Assembly: GCF_006345805.1 (NCBI RefSeq)
Contig: NC_043004.1
Coordinates: 70,308,001 to 70,372,000, forward strand
Source of the DNA: Octopus sinensis
Lineage: Eukaryota
Direction of reading: 5' to 3'
Length of the DNA stretch: 64,000 nt
Shown: one piece after another, positions 1-14,385 of the stretch
Numbering within the stretch: position 1 is the first letter of the stretch
How the letters are laid out: the number at the start of each line of letters is the position of its first letter
Translations under genes and position numbers: made by a program
Notes under the pieces: model-generated
What the model was told of the DNA's origin: nothing
Seen by the model: only the letters and a program-made list of their open reading frames with translations
Databases searched by the model: none

Positions 1-9
1 GATCTACTC

Positions 10-165
10 ATTCATCACTGTTTAACGTCCGTTTTCCATGCTAGCATGGTTTGGTCGGTTCGACTGGGGTCTGGGAAGCAAGGAGGCTGCACCAGGCTCC
101 AGTCTGATCTGGCAGTGTTTCTACAGCTGGATGCCCTTCCTAGCACCAACCACTCCATGAGTGTA
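10..165 (-). mobile_element. SINE-like family B fragment ((GAT)n-tailed)
   Basis: gtttaacgtccgttttccatgctagcatgg...ggatgcccttcct motif recurs in many copies in the window; the tail reads (CAT)n on +. Confidence 0.75.
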
Positions 166-798
166 GTCACTCTGTGACTACACTCACAAGTAAAAAAGAG
201 AGAAAAATATATTACAAAGGAGTGAAAAACACCAAAAAAATTTCTCCATTGTAATGCAAGGTGTAAATTATTTCTTGGTAGCAAATTTCTAAACATGAAG
301 CAAAAAAAGGAAAAAACTCCTCCTTTGTGTGCATCTCAAAGAATAAGAATTGTCACACACACACACACAAAATATACACATATACAGGCAAAATGTGGGA
401 CCAAATCTGTCTAAGAAGGCAGTAACTCCCGATAAGAACCAACTCAGGCCATATATGAAGACCATTATTGAAACTATATGCACATCCCAACAATTCTATC
501 AAATAAACAAAACCCTTTCACCCTTCATGCTTGGTGCATTCACTACTTTCTATTTAACAGTGACTACTTCTGCTACCAACAACAGATTTTTGTCTTTAGA
601 CAGATAGCATGTGTGTCATATAGATAGATACAGTTTATATACATTCTTTTATTATTAAATTGTAGAAATTACATAGTGATTCAGGAGTTTAAAGTTTCAT
701 GCAGTGACACTAACCAAACTCTGATATCTTTTGCTGATTAATAATGCAAAAATATACTCATATTTTGAATTCTATTTTCCTATTTATATATATATATA

Positions 799-837
<39 letters not shown>

Positions 838-1029
838 AGTAATCTCTCATCATATCGTGGTTCACCTATCGCACAGTCAGTACATCACGGAGTTTCCTGG
901 CTGATATATGAAAATTTATATCGTGGACTCCTCAGTATATCTGGATTTCTGCAGCCGATATTTTTTTAGATTTTTATTATTTGTGTGGGAGGTTTGGAAG
1001 CTAACACCCGCAATAGACAAGGGATTACT

Positions 1030-1485
<456 letters not shown>

Positions 1486-2003
1486 TTTAAAATGTATAGA
1501 TAGACAGAGAGGTGTATAAATAGTAATACTTACATAATGCCATTTCTTATACTTAGAGCTTAAAACACAAAAGACAACACGAAACTAGAACAGCCGCAAC
1601 GACAGCATCAAGGACAAATATGAAACTATGAGCAAAGTGTGTTATGTTACATAAGGCAGCTCCATAGAATATTCATATCCGTATCATCATCCGTCTGGAT
1701 GTGACAACACGGTACCTACAGATACTGAATCAATGAAAGGAAGATGAAGATGAGGAAGTGAAGAAAAGAGAAAGAGAGGGGGTTATTGAAGGGGGAATGG
1801 AAAGGGGGAACAGCAGTAATAACAACAACAACAACAACTATAATAACAACTGGAACAACAATAACAGCTGAATTGAACTGAATGGAGGCGGCAGTTAGAA
1901 TACATGTGGCAGAACAGTTAAATTATCCGCCAAAATTTGTACACAGATTGTATTACCAAATTCAAGACACTCCCATCTCCCCCATTGCTATACTCCTTCT
2001 TTG

Positions 2004-2041
<38 letters not shown>

Positions 2042-2139
2042 ACACACACACACACACATACAATATATATATATATATCGTTTACCGTCTGTTCTCCATG
2101 CTAGCATGGGTTGGACTATATATATATATATATATTTTT

Positions 2140-2545
2140 TTTTTTTCTCTTTTACTCTTTTACTTGTTTCAGTCATTTGACTGCGGCCATGCTGGAGCAC
2201 TGCCTTTAGTCGAACTGATTGACCCCAGAACTTATTCTTCGTAAGTCCAGTACTTATTCTATCAGTTTCTTTTGTTGGAACACTAAGTTACGGGAATTTA
2301 AACACACCAACATCGATTGTCAAGCGATGGTGGGGGGGAGGACAAACATAGACAGACAAATACATACCTACACACACACACACACACATATGTATATGAC
2401 AGGTTTCTTTCAGTTTCTGTCTACCAAATCTACTCACAAGTCTTTGGTTGGCCCGAGGCTACAGTAGAAGACACTTGCCCAAGGTGCCATGCAGTGAGAC
2501 TGAACCTGGAACCATGTGGTTGGGAAGCAAACTTCTTACCACACA
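2140..2545 (-). mobile_element. tRNA-head SINE family A with internal microsatellite
   Basis: Reverse complement of the family seen intact at 45642-46063. Confidence 0.8.
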
Positions 2546-2632
2546 GCCACTGCTGTGCCTATTATACATATATATATATACACGTACATATACTACATAT
2601 ACACACATATACATGCATATATATATACACAC

Positions 2633-3065
2633 GTCATCATCATCATCATCATCATCATTTAGCATCCGCTTTCCATGTTAGCATGGGTTAGACCAGTGGT
2701 TTTCAACCTTAGGGTTCCACCAGTACAGTCCAGGGGTTCCGCAAGAAGTTACAAAACTGCTAAAATCGACAGTAATTTTTAATTCTCCTGTGCAGATATG
2801 TGTGCATAAGACAATTAAATTATTGCACAGGGGTTCCTCAAGCTAGTGGAATGTTTCCTTGGGGTTCCACTCCAGCAAAATGTTTGAAAAGCACTGGGTT
2901 AGACAGTTTGACTGGAACTGGTAAGCTGGAGAGCTGCATCAGGTTCCAGCCTGATTTGGCATGGTTTCTATGGCTGGATGCCCTTCCTAATGCCAACCAC
3001 TCTGAGAGGGTGCTTTTTACATGCCACTGACATGGGTGCCATTTACATAATACCAGTACAGGCCA
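2633..3065 (-). mobile_element. SINE-like family B copy interrupted by a hAT MITE
   Basis: Family B sequence resumes exactly after the second GGTTAGAC. Confidence 0.75.
2694..2896. mobile_element. hAT (Charlie/Buster-type) MITE, 203 bp
   Basis: TIRs cagtggttttcaacc / gtttgaaaagcactg; perfect 8-bp TSD GGTTAGAC (2686-2693 and 2897-2904) with central TA. Confidence 0.85.
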
Positions 3066-3239
3066 CAACTACAATTTCACAGGTGTCATTACATTGTGCT
3101 GGCAATGGCCACAATTATGATTATACTTGGGCTGATGAGACACACACACACACACACAACACACACACACACCACACACACACATATCTGTCTCTTCCTA
3201 TTAATTTTTCTTTCTGATATAGCCAATTTCTTTCATTCC

Positions 3240-3274
<35 letters not shown>

Positions 3275-3330
3275 CTGTCATCACCTGTTTTACTCGTAAA
3301 TTAAATCTTACAAATAGCCTAATTTGACCG

Positions 3331-3380
<50 letters not shown>

Positions 3381-3477
3381 CATTAACACTTGCATAGAAA
3401 TATATGACAAAAGTCATCAACTTTTATTTACTAAATTATCTAAATAATTTTAAAACAAATCACCCTGTTAAACTCAC

Positions 3478-3520
3478 CACGGACAAATTCTTTGATAAAA
3501 ATCACTTTCTCATAAAAGAT
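3478..3520 (-). CDS. candidate 43-nt coding exon (IFYEKVIFIKEFVR), gene unknown
   Basis: tag| acceptor, strong gtg|GTGAGT donor, open frame; no homology recognised. Confidence 0.2.
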
Positions 3521-3972
3521 CTATATTCCTTCAATAAAACATAAATATCACATATATACAAGACAAATCATCTTTTTTCCCCTCTAAGCATGGAAACTGA
3601 ACTTTCTGTGAAATAAATTCTGAATCTCTTGAAATTATCTCCCCTTTTCTTTTGAAGTCACTAACAACTATCGTTAGGTTTTTGTTTATTTTCTCCAGCA
3701 AAGGTAAATTTAGTTTGCTCAGAATTTTCACATACATTATTCAAGTATATTGCTATGCAGTTGAATATAAACATCACACACACATGGCTACAAACATATA
3801 TATATATATATATACATATAATATATATACATATATATATATAGAAAAATCATTCGTGAAAAATTTGTGACTTTGTTATTAGCTAGTGTAACAATCTAAA
3901 AATGATAATAACAGAATCAATATATATACATATATATATATATAATATATATATACATATATATATACATAT

Positions 3973-4050
<78 letters not shown>

Positions 4051-5082
4051 TTTATTTAAAGCAGCAGAAAATTCAACAAAACCTGTTACTCTGAGTTTCA
4101 CGTTTCCGTTCGTCGGACAGTTTTTGCTAGAATATATATATATATTTGAAAGTATGAGATTTATTTAATGCCATTTTGAAGTGTAAAGTGATTTTTTTTA
4201 TAAATTATTTTTTTTAAATGTTATAAAATCTTTTATCAAGATGTTACTAACCTTTTTTGGGAAGAAGTTTTTTACCGAGTGTGTGAACACTTTCAATTAA
4301 CCTCCACATATATACACACACATATATGGCAACTATATGCACTTATGTACCTAACACAAGGCAGCACCACTTTTACGTGTTTATTTCCACCCGTACAACA
4401 CCCTGGTTCTCACAACCTTGGCAGTATATCTCTATATTTCCCCTGCCAACCACCTACACAACGAGCCAACAAAACAAACACTTCTACCTATTTCTATGGT
4501 ACCTGATTATTTTAATTCAATTATCTGTAGAGATGGAAAGTGAGAAAGTGAAACAATTACACACATACACACACGCATACATATGTATACATATATACAT
4601 ATACATACACAGATACACACACACACATCTGTTTCTTCCTATTACTTTCTCTTTGTCTATTGACAAAAGGTAGTAGATATTATATACAGAATCATATCTC
4701 TATGTATTTAGCCATGCTGTGAATATTAAGCCCATGGGATTTTTGTTTCAACACCTTGAAACAAGGATCAAAGCAGCTGTTTTCACTCTCTTTACAGCTC
4801 ATCAGGGCCCACTTACTTTTCTACACAAAAATTCAGTTATAAAATAATGGAAGATTACTTATTAAAATGTTAATGAAACTGCATGAGTCATGACTCAGTT
4901 ATGATGAGATAATAAATTTACTCCAAGGATTTATTTGAAAATGTACCCAACAGACATAGCACAGGTAACAGCCAAGACTAGACAAAAAAAAAAACAGCTT
5001 TCAGGGAGAACATTAATTCATTCATTTATAAGAAAGATGAATCATTAGAACCAAATGACAGCATATTCCATTCTACCAATCA

Positions 5083-6550
5083 CTGTATGGTAAGAAGCTT
5101 GCTTCCCAACCACATGGTTCTAGGTTCAATTCCACTGCATGACACTTTCAGCAATTGTCTTCTATGATAGCCAGGGGCCAACCAAAGCCTTGTGAGCGGA
5201 TTTGGTAGATGGAAACTAAAAGAAGCCTGTTGTATATATACTATTGGGTTGGCAAGAAAGTAATTTCAGTTATTTAGTGTGAAGTCACTTTTTTCTCATA
5301 CAAAGAATGAACTCTAATCAATTATATATTTTCCATTTTGTTCCATGACCTTTTGCCATCTTACTGGCAACTTCATGATTCCACGCTCATAGAACTTTTG
5401 GTCCTTATCAGCCAAAAGCTGAAGCAAGTGTGATTTCTGGTCATCATCATTATCGAAAGTTTTACCATTCAAAGAATTTTGCAAACTTTGAAATAAATGG
5501 TAATCTCAACCACAAGCTCCAATATGTTTTCATGAGTTAGCATTGGGTTAGCATTGTCATGGTGGAACATAATTCCTCTAGGATTTGCCAATTCTGGCCC
5601 TTTTTCTTTGATTACTTGCTCCAGTTTTATTAGTTGTTGACAGTAAACATTTGAAATGATTGTTTGGTTTTTTAGAAGCAGCTCAAAATACACAACACCT
5701 TTGTAATCCCACCAAATTGACAGCATGACTTTTTTTTATGCAATTCAGCTTCTGTTAAGTGAATCTCTTTCAATCTATGCGGAACCCAAATATCAAGCTT
5801 CTTAATGAGTCCAAGACATTTTAAGTGATTCTCAATTGTTGTGTGTGATACATTTAACCTCTCTGCAATCTCTCACACAGTTATATCAGATTCAATGATG
5901 GCTCTGATTCAGTCATCATCAATTTCAGTAGATCGACCAGAATGTTGGTCATCTTTGAGTGAAAAATCTCCAAAACGGAATTCTTAGAACCATTTCTGAC
6001 ATGTGCATTCCCTTAAGCAATCAATACCATAAACTTCACACATCTTTTTGTGAGCCTCAGCAATTTTCTTGCCTTTATGGAAATAAAAAAGCAAAATATG
6101 TCGAAAATGTTCGTCTTTGCACTCCATGTTTACACCTGAGCTAACAGGTGTGAACAAAATTACACGCAATTTGCTTCTAAAGCAAGGTAAAAGTAACGAC
6201 TATCAAATGTCAAAAGGAAAAAAATCATAACATTTACAAAAGTCATACAAAAAAATTGTAACTATCTATTTGTGAAAAATGAAATTACCTTCCTGCCAAC
6301 CCAATAAAGTATATATTTATGTGAATGTATCTTTGTGTTTGTGTTTGTACACCCAACCATCACTTGACAATCGATGTTGGTGTTTTTATATCCCCATAAC
6401 TTAGCAGTTCAGTAAAGAGATCAATTGAATAAGTCCTAGGCTTACAAACAATAAGTCCTCGGGTCAATTTCTTTGACTAAAAAATCCTTCAAGGCAGTGC
6501 TCCAGCATGGCCGCAATCAAATGACTAATACAAGTAACAGAATAAAAGAA
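5083..6550 (+). mobile_element. SINE family A copy split by the mariner insertion
   Basis: 5' half 5083-5241 and 3' half 6307-6550 flank the mariner, which sits at the internal TA tract. Confidence 0.75.
5244..6304 (-). mobile_element. mariner transposon, internally deleted pseudogene (mellifera-subfamily-like)
   Basis: TIRs ttgggttggcaagaaagtaatttc / gaaattaccttcctgccaacccaa with TA TSD; transposase remnants MECKDEHFRHILLFYFHKGK, WVPHRLKE, SIWWDYKGVVYFELL, HHDNA, FYERGIMKLPVRWQKV. The TGDEKW and YSPDL segments are deleted. Confidence 0.92.
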
Positions 6551-7258
6551 TATATATATATTTTATATATATATATATTTTTTTTTATATATATATATAT
6601 TTTTTATATATATATATAACTGGCACCTCATATCTTGTTATTTGAATTTCACAATCAAGACCATCAGATTGAAGATCATCATCATCACTATTAGACATCC
6701 TATTTTTCCATGCTGGTATGGGTTGGATAGTTTGACAAGAACAGATGAGCCAGAAGGCTGCACTAGGTTCTATACCTGTCCACTTTGGCATGGTTCCTAC
6801 AGCTGGATGCCCTTCCTACCATCAACCTCTTTTCAGAACAGACTGTGCAGGATATATATATATATATATCAGTGGTGACTCTGGCACTCGGACTGTTCAG
6901 GTTTAGCCCGAGTATAAATTTAGTAAAGTGAACGTGTATTTGCAAGCTGATTTAATTTCTGCCAACACTGACTTCAAGTATGTAATTTCAACGAATAACT
7001 CAGGCTCCTTTCATTGAGCCTGGTCGCAGTTCATTTATTTTCATTCAGCATCTGGTGGTCATCTTAGAGGTGCCCTGTGTCAAAAAATATCATTCATAGC
7101 GATATTATTCTATCGGTCCCTTATGCCGAACCGCTAAGTTACAAGTACGTAAACACACCACCATCGGTTGTTAAGCAATGTTGGGGGGACAAACACAGAC
7201 ACACAAACATATACATACACATACATAGATACATACATACATATACATACACATACAT

Positions 7259-7298
<40 letters not shown>

Positions 7299-7615
7299 GA
7301 CAGGCTTCTTATGACCAGAGCGGGTGCTGGTATGCCTGGGTGACGGCTGGTTTTCCATAAACAACCTTGCCCAGGCTTGTGATTCAGAGAGGAACTTTCT
7401 AGGTGCAATCCCATGGTCATTCAAGAAATTTATTTCTTAACCACTTGGTTTAGTGTTTGTACCATCCACACAGCTCTGTGGAATGATGTTTTCTACTATG
7501 GTTTCAGGCTGATGAAAGTTTTGTACATGGAATTGATGGTCTGTAACTGTGAGAAGTCTGTGTGAAAATGTGTGTATGCATATGTGTTTGAATATGCGTG
7601 TACGTGCATGTATGA

Positions 7616-7649
<34 letters not shown>

Positions 7650-10600
7650 ACACGTTCCTCCTGTCTTGGTACTGTTTGTGCTCTGCCTGAAAACAGGGTC
7701 ATTGTTTACAATCTGCAATGAAAACTTTTCTGGCTATTGAGCAGTCCATCATTCAGAAGATTAAGGGAAATATCACCTTGACAGCAAGAACATCTAGTCA
7801 CAGAAAATCTACCTTAATAAATTTTGCCTGACCCATGCTTGTATAGAAATGTGGCCCTTAAAATAACAACGATGTTGATGATGTATAGTTGCAACCTTAA
7901 GTTTTCCACAAGGAGGGTGATAATAGATAATGCAAAAGCATAAAGAAGGGCAAGCTGAAACCCAGATTTCCTAATCCTGATAATACACATAAGATGTAGG
8001 TGGATTTGAAGGAAGAACTCATGTTCCCAAGTTATATCACTATAACAAAGCAGCATCTTAAACCTATGGAATGGTGTGATCTTGTAAAAGAAGCCATTGT
8101 GGAGAGGGACCATGAGAGGACTCATGAAAGGAAGTGCCTATGATATTGAGGACTTAATCTTGTGAGGGACGAAAATGGAAGTGCACAATGCTTCCAGCAG
8201 AGATGGGATGTCATGGAATTATAGCTAGATCCACAATGTTCTACCAGGGTGGCAATGGACTAAGAAAAGATAACAGAGAAAGAAGTAAGGAGAAAATGCT
8301 TTGTCATGGATAGGGCAGAGGCATGGAAGAGAAGGACCAATACTAGGGCCACAGAACAAATCCTCAGTGAGTCATCACCATCATCATCAATTCATTGATG
8401 GTTTATTGAGGCAGATTTTCTATAGCTGGATGCCCTTCCTGTCACCAACCCTCACCAGTTACCAAGCAAGGTAATATTTTGCCAATGGCCAGCGATGTTT
8501 TCACAGGATATTAGAAATGCATGACACTGCTTGTATGACAGTGACACTCATTCACAACAATCATTCAATGTCTAAACAAGGGAACACACACACACACACA
8601 CAGACGACAGGTTATAGGAGACACTTGTCCAAAATGCCATGCTTAAAGACTGAACCTGAAATCATGTGGTTGGAAAGCAGACTACTTAGCTACATAGCCA
8701 TACTCACACCTCCTGATTATTAGCAAAACAAGATAGTCATTGTGTGGTTCAGCTGTGTCAAGTTGGCTGTGGTAACTGCAAGTGTAATAGAAGAAAACAA
8801 AAACGTGCAACAGTGTGGGCCCACAAAATCTGAATATTCTTTGGTAATCAATGTTACACAACAGCAAAACAGCAACACAACAGCATGACAGCCACACAAC
8901 AGCAACACAACAGCACCACAACAGGAATGATGCTGCTGAATTGTGCTGAAATCTTTGTGATTTACAGTACAAATTAAAGCAGCTTAATTCAGTTCTGTCT
9001 GACTTTATAGGATTTATTATATAAAGCAATGAGGTACTATTCTCTATGAGATTAGAAAAATGAGCGGCTGTAGTCTGATGAAACAGAAAAAAATGCTAAA
9101 AGTAGTCAGGCCAGTCTCTTTATTTTATTTTTTAGTTTGTTTTAATTTTTTTCTGATCACAAAGACACAAAACATGAGGTTTAAGCATAGAAATTATTTT
9201 TCATAGTAAGGCTAAAAATGTGTTTTACTATAAACCACATTTCTAACTTCTGTCTCTTTCTCACTTTCTCTCTCTCTCTCTGGATGTACAAACAGGACAA
9301 AGGTACTCAATACATGTACTAGAGTTTATTCATTTATTCAAATGTAATGATTCATTTCATCAGATTTGCAAGTTTGTTGCCCCAGTGCACGTGTTATTGT
9401 GAAAGCAGCTGTTGATATGCTTTGTGAATAATCACATAACAAAGGTGACGAACTCAAGGCAGAGAAGACAGAGTGAATCATCTTCTATTGAATATATGTA
9501 AATATTATATTAGAGATAAGCAACAATTAGTGACTGCAAAAGAACAAACAAGTTCACTGAGAGAACTAGAACCGTAGAACCATCAAACTATGTGTCTATT
9601 GTTTGTTGACTGAATCACTGTGTTAATGAATACAATACAGAACACGTCTTGGTAAAGAAAGACAACTTATATAAGGATCAATAAAGGAAGAGCCAGACAA
9701 ATTATTAAGGTTGACATATTCAACTAAACCCCTCTGAAAGTAGGGTCCTAGTATGTCTGTTGCAGGTTGTTGAGCCAGGTCTCAGGTTGATAATACCTTC
9801 CTCCCTTTCTTCTTCCCTACCACCAATGTGGGAAGCCCAGTAAAGGGCCATGAACACAGCATTCTCTTCTGACTAAAAGATATAAAAGTGTTAAAGCAGA
9901 AATGTACAGCAAAATATTCAAAAAAGTTAATGGAGTAAGATAACTTTCATACATCATTAGGAAACCAAATTTAGGGCACTTGTTAATGAGTCTCAGAGTT
10001 CAAAATTATATTTTTTCAAGGGCTTGCTTATCTTTAAATTCTAGTTGATAAGAAAGGTAGCTCATGCCAAGCGTGAGGGGCCACACTTTGCCTATGACTG
10101 GTCTAAGTCATTCCTCAAACTGTTAGAAATAGCAGAAAATCTCCCACAAACCACTCCCTACCATCTTAAAAGATACAGTTTTTTCTGTCCTCATTGGTTT
10201 GCTAAATGTTTGAGAAAATATTACGAGATACCTTAGATCATATGTTTGCTCAATCAAGCTAAACCTAGGGCTAAACGACAACAACAACAACAATCTAACT
10301 GGTAAAATTATGTGAGCACATGATTGACTAGACTATTGGATGTTGTTATACATCACTGATCACAATGTGCTTTCCATTGTTTTAGCTTTTGAACAATGCC
10401 ACCTCACTGGCAACGTGAGCAGGCAAATGTTTCTCCTGATTGGAAAACCAGTTTGTCACAGGGTTACCTATTCACAGCTGAGTGGGGAACAAGATGAAAT
10501 GAAGTATTTTGCTCAAGAACCACAACACAGCCCAGTCCAGGAATTGACCCTACAATCGTGAATGCAACACCCCATACCACTAGGCCATGTGCCTTCACTA

Positions 10601-11189
10601 ATTGATAAAATGTGTACCAGTAATTCTCTAGTCAAATAGATAAACTATAGTCTTTCTATCAATAAAGCCCAATAAACTAATTGATATGGAGAAACTGCAC
10701 TCTGTAATGCAGTTGGTATTAGGAAGGGCAACCAGCTGTAGTAACCCAGCCCAAAGCAGACATTGAAGCTGAATGCAACCCCCTAGTTTGTCAGATCATG
10801 CCAAATTGTCCAACCCATGCCAGCATGGAAAAAGGGACGTTAAATGATGATGAGATGGTGAGGAGAGTGAGTTGATTGAGACAATCAAATCTAGGACTAA
10901 ATAGAAATATTTTTGATCACAGATCTGCTGGATCAGGACTGACTTAGCTTTAAACAGCAACAACAACACGTATATAATATTGTTGTTTAGACCCAGGTTA
11001 ACCTTGACAACATAAATCTATCAACCAAAGCATTCCAGCAATGCCCATCCTATTGAATAATGGACGTTGTATATATTTATATAATATATGATATAATGCA
11101 GTTATTTTATACAGTGTTCAAGTGCACTACAGCTCATCACAAGTGCATGAACAGTACATAGAATAATGCACAGGAAGTGAAAGGTGAAT

Positions 11190-11520
11190 AAGTTGTTATA
11201 AAAAAACAACATGGGGAAGGGGAGCTCAGGTGCGCCGTTGGTGAATTTCCGGAAGCATGGAAGTTTTAAAGGGTGTAGTATCATGACAGCTAACAATTAA
11301 CATGTGTGGTTTATTCCATGCTTCAGCAATTCTGAGAGTGAAAAAATGTTTCTGGAAGTTATGGGTGCTGTGTGACCTTTTTTTTATATATATATATATT
11401 TTGTAAGCATGTCCAGGAGTGTTAGACAAATGGAATTCAAAAAAGGTGCCCAAGGTTGTTGTTGGAAAGATGCTGGGTAATCTTGTAGGTGTCTACCAAG
11501 TCAGTTGCCAGACGTTGAAG
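11190..11520 (-). mobile_element. CR1-clade LINE 3' fragment
   Basis: GHAYK...HNFQKHFFTLRIAEAWNK; homologous to 26340-26852. Confidence 0.8.
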
Positions 11521-11849
11521 CATTATGCGTCCATGACCAGAACTACTTGATCCATTGTGCTCCGTACATTTTTTTTCAGACATACCAGGCCTTAATCTGA
11601 GAGAGATCCAGCTGCTATTTCTATTATGTTTAATGACTCGGTGGAGAGTCCTCTGTTGTCCTGCTAAGTCTAGTTTACTAAAACTAAGATCAGATTTTCC
11701 AGTGGGAGAAGAAATAGTTAAAAAGTTTTAAAATTTTACAACCAGGTAAATATCTTGCAGAAACTGCAATAATGTGTAAGGTCAACCGAAATGTTAACAG
11801 AGCACACAAAAAGGTTTAAAAAAAAAAAGTAATATAAACAAGAACACAC

Positions 11850-11909
11850 CTTTGTACAGCAGGTAATGCAGTGCAATAAACAGGTGCAACAGATATATAA
11901 ACTACTAAA
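11850..11909 (-). CDS. candidate 60-nt coding exon (LVVYISVAPVYCTALPAVQ), gene unknown
   Basis: ttgacag| acceptor, aag|GTGTGT donor, open phase-2 frame. Confidence 0.2.
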
Positions 11910-12094
11910 CTGTCAAATATCTATACATCTATACAGAAATCTTTTATCTAAATTCAACAAAAACAGTCAGAAATTGCAAAGACCCTTTCAGTAAACTGGT
12001 GCATCAAAATAGCAATCAAAGCTTGCAAAGTTTAATGAGTTTGGTAGTCAATGATGTGACCTGTTTAATGAGTCTGGTAGTCAACAGCTTTCCA

Positions 12095-12192
12095 ACATGC
12101 TCACAATATATATATATATAAAGCAACACAGCACCCATGACTTTCAGAAACATTTTTTCACTCTCAGAATTGCCGAAGCATGGAATAAAGGA
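12095..12192 (+). mobile_element. short CR1-clade LINE fragment
   Basis: cagaaacattttttcactctcagaattgccgaagcatggaataa matches the other CR1 copies. Confidence 0.65.
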
Positions 12193-12205
12193 CCCATTAG
12201 ATATC

Positions 12206-12444
12206 TGTTGTAATGTAATGTGTTACAATAAATAAGATATCCACACAACAGTGAAAACAACATAACAAACCAACAATCAATATTCCTTGTGAACTAACCA
12301 ACTGACACCTTCTGGCTTCACTGCAAACAAACATGAACTTCACTCAATTCTGACCTCTGGACTCTGAACTCACTCAGATCACTACTATTTATACTTTACT
12401 CAAACCAGTCTATCTCTCACAAAGGGGCATTGTAACTCTCATCA
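12206..12444 (-). mobile_element. probable 3' LTR of the adjacent gypsy element
   Basis: TG...CA ends on the minus strand, TATAAATA, and a purine-rich PPT-like tract immediately upstream. Confidence 0.45.
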
Positions 12445-12759
12445 CTAAATCTTTCCTTTTGAGAAGAAAGTGGAATCTTTTATATTTTTCTTTTTTTTCT
12501 TTCCAGCATCTCTCCCTCATTTTTTTCTTTTAGCTGTTGTATCTTAATTGTTGCCTGACTTTTAAGATAGTAGTTTGTTGCACACAGCACTTTTTCTTTT
12601 TGTTGTACTAAACACTCTTTTTTTTTTGAAAATTTAACATCTTTTTTCCTTTAGGTATTACTCCCAGATATTCAGTCTGTTTGCGTTTTCAAAAGCTAGT
12701 TCTATGGGGTTCAATATCTCTCAGTGCTGGCACTTCAAACATATCATAGAAGACTTCCA

Positions 12760-13245
12760 TTGGTATTACCCTTCATTCTTCTGTGTCTCATCTTTAACTG
12801 GTTAAGGTGTCTCTTATGTTCTGAATGCTGTCCTTTAATTAAATACATCATGTTACCTAATCTTTTGATTACACAGCCATCCTCCCAACCTTCTTTACCA
12901 TTTTTGTAATTTTTCCTCTAGTTTATCCTCTACTTTGAAATGTTTTGTAATATTTCTTGTATTTCCTCCAAATGTATTTTTTGCCTTTCCTTTATATGTA
13001 TTTTTCCTGGCAATAATTTATCGAAGATCAATTTTATTTTACATGTGAATATTAACTCTGCTGGTGACATTCCTGAATTAATATTTGGATTTGGTGTTAT
13101 TCTATATACTCTCAAAACTTTCATTAGTGCCTCATCATTATCCAACTCATTTCTAGCTTTTCTTGGAGCTCTTTTGATCAGGTCAACAAATCTTTCCACC
13201 TGCTCAATATTTGACCTTCCTTTGATCATATGTCTGTTCAGTCAG
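12760..13245 (-). mobile_element. Ty3/gypsy integrase C-terminal pseudogene fragment
   Basis: SNIEQVERFVDLIKRA...YRITPNPN..GMSPAELIF, then frameshifted WEDGCVIKRLGNMMYLIKG..KRHLNQLKMR, typical of gypsy integrase tails. Confidence 0.8.
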
Positions 13246-14385
13246 GGCTGAGTTGAAGCTAAACAACAAAATAAAACTCCTAAGAGGCTGGTTGATATGC
13301 TAAAATTAGGAGCAAGGTCCCCCTCAATTCACAGCCAGTTGACTAAACAAAGAAAATATGATACATTGGGTAAAAAGGACGAAGTAGTCACAATTGGAAT
13401 GTCTTCGATTATAAGTCAGCCCAATCAAGGCTAAGCCACAACTAAATAATAATAGCAACATAAACATGAGTTCTTCCTATGATAGACCCACATTCTCTCC
13501 AAGAACACTGTCCTCTATCTTCCACATAATATCATAGAAATAAATCTTTAATATTATTATTTCAACTGCACAACACAATCTGAAATACAATTTATATCAC
13601 ATCAGTACATCCATAATCATTATCACTTCCACCAAAACCCCACTACCACTACCACCACCACCATCATCACAGTCACCATCATCATCATCATCATCACTAT
13701 TGTTATCACCATGACATAACAAACAAAATACTATCCACTCTTCACTCTTGGTAAGAGTAAGAATTTTCATGAGCTGGTAGAATTGTTAGCAAGACCAATA
13801 GCAGTATTCGGTCCACCTTTACGTTTTGAGTTCCAATTCCACCAAGGTTGATTTTGCCTGTTGATAAAATAAGTACCAATTGAGTACAGTGGGTAATGTA
13901 ATTGACTTACCCACTTCCTCAAAATTGCTGGCATTGTGCGAAAAATTAAAATCAGTATTGAGAATTTTCATCCCTTTCTTTTTTTATTATCATTAAGAGA
14001 AAAAAACACACCACACTATAATAGATAAGCTAGTACTGATTATTAATCATAAATGTATTGATTATGTCAAATATATTAATCAATAAATGCATTTTGTCTG
14101 TTCCATGAAGGTATACACACATACACACACACACAGTCATATACACAAACACACACACAGAAACACATACATACACACATTTATTTTTTGTTTCTAGTTT
14201 TGTAACTGAATACTTCAACATGGAATAGTTACTGAAGCACAGGAAGTTTCATGTTTCCACTTGTCAAACACACTATATACATGTATATATAATATACATA
14301 TATGTGTGTGTGGTGTACACACACACATATATATGTATATGTGTGTGTATATGTATATAAATATATATATATATATATATACTTA

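Noticed and set aside
8682-9085. Long open minus frame after a strong acceptor
   Set aside because: It runs through low-complexity cagcaacacaa repeats and the peptide is not protein-like.
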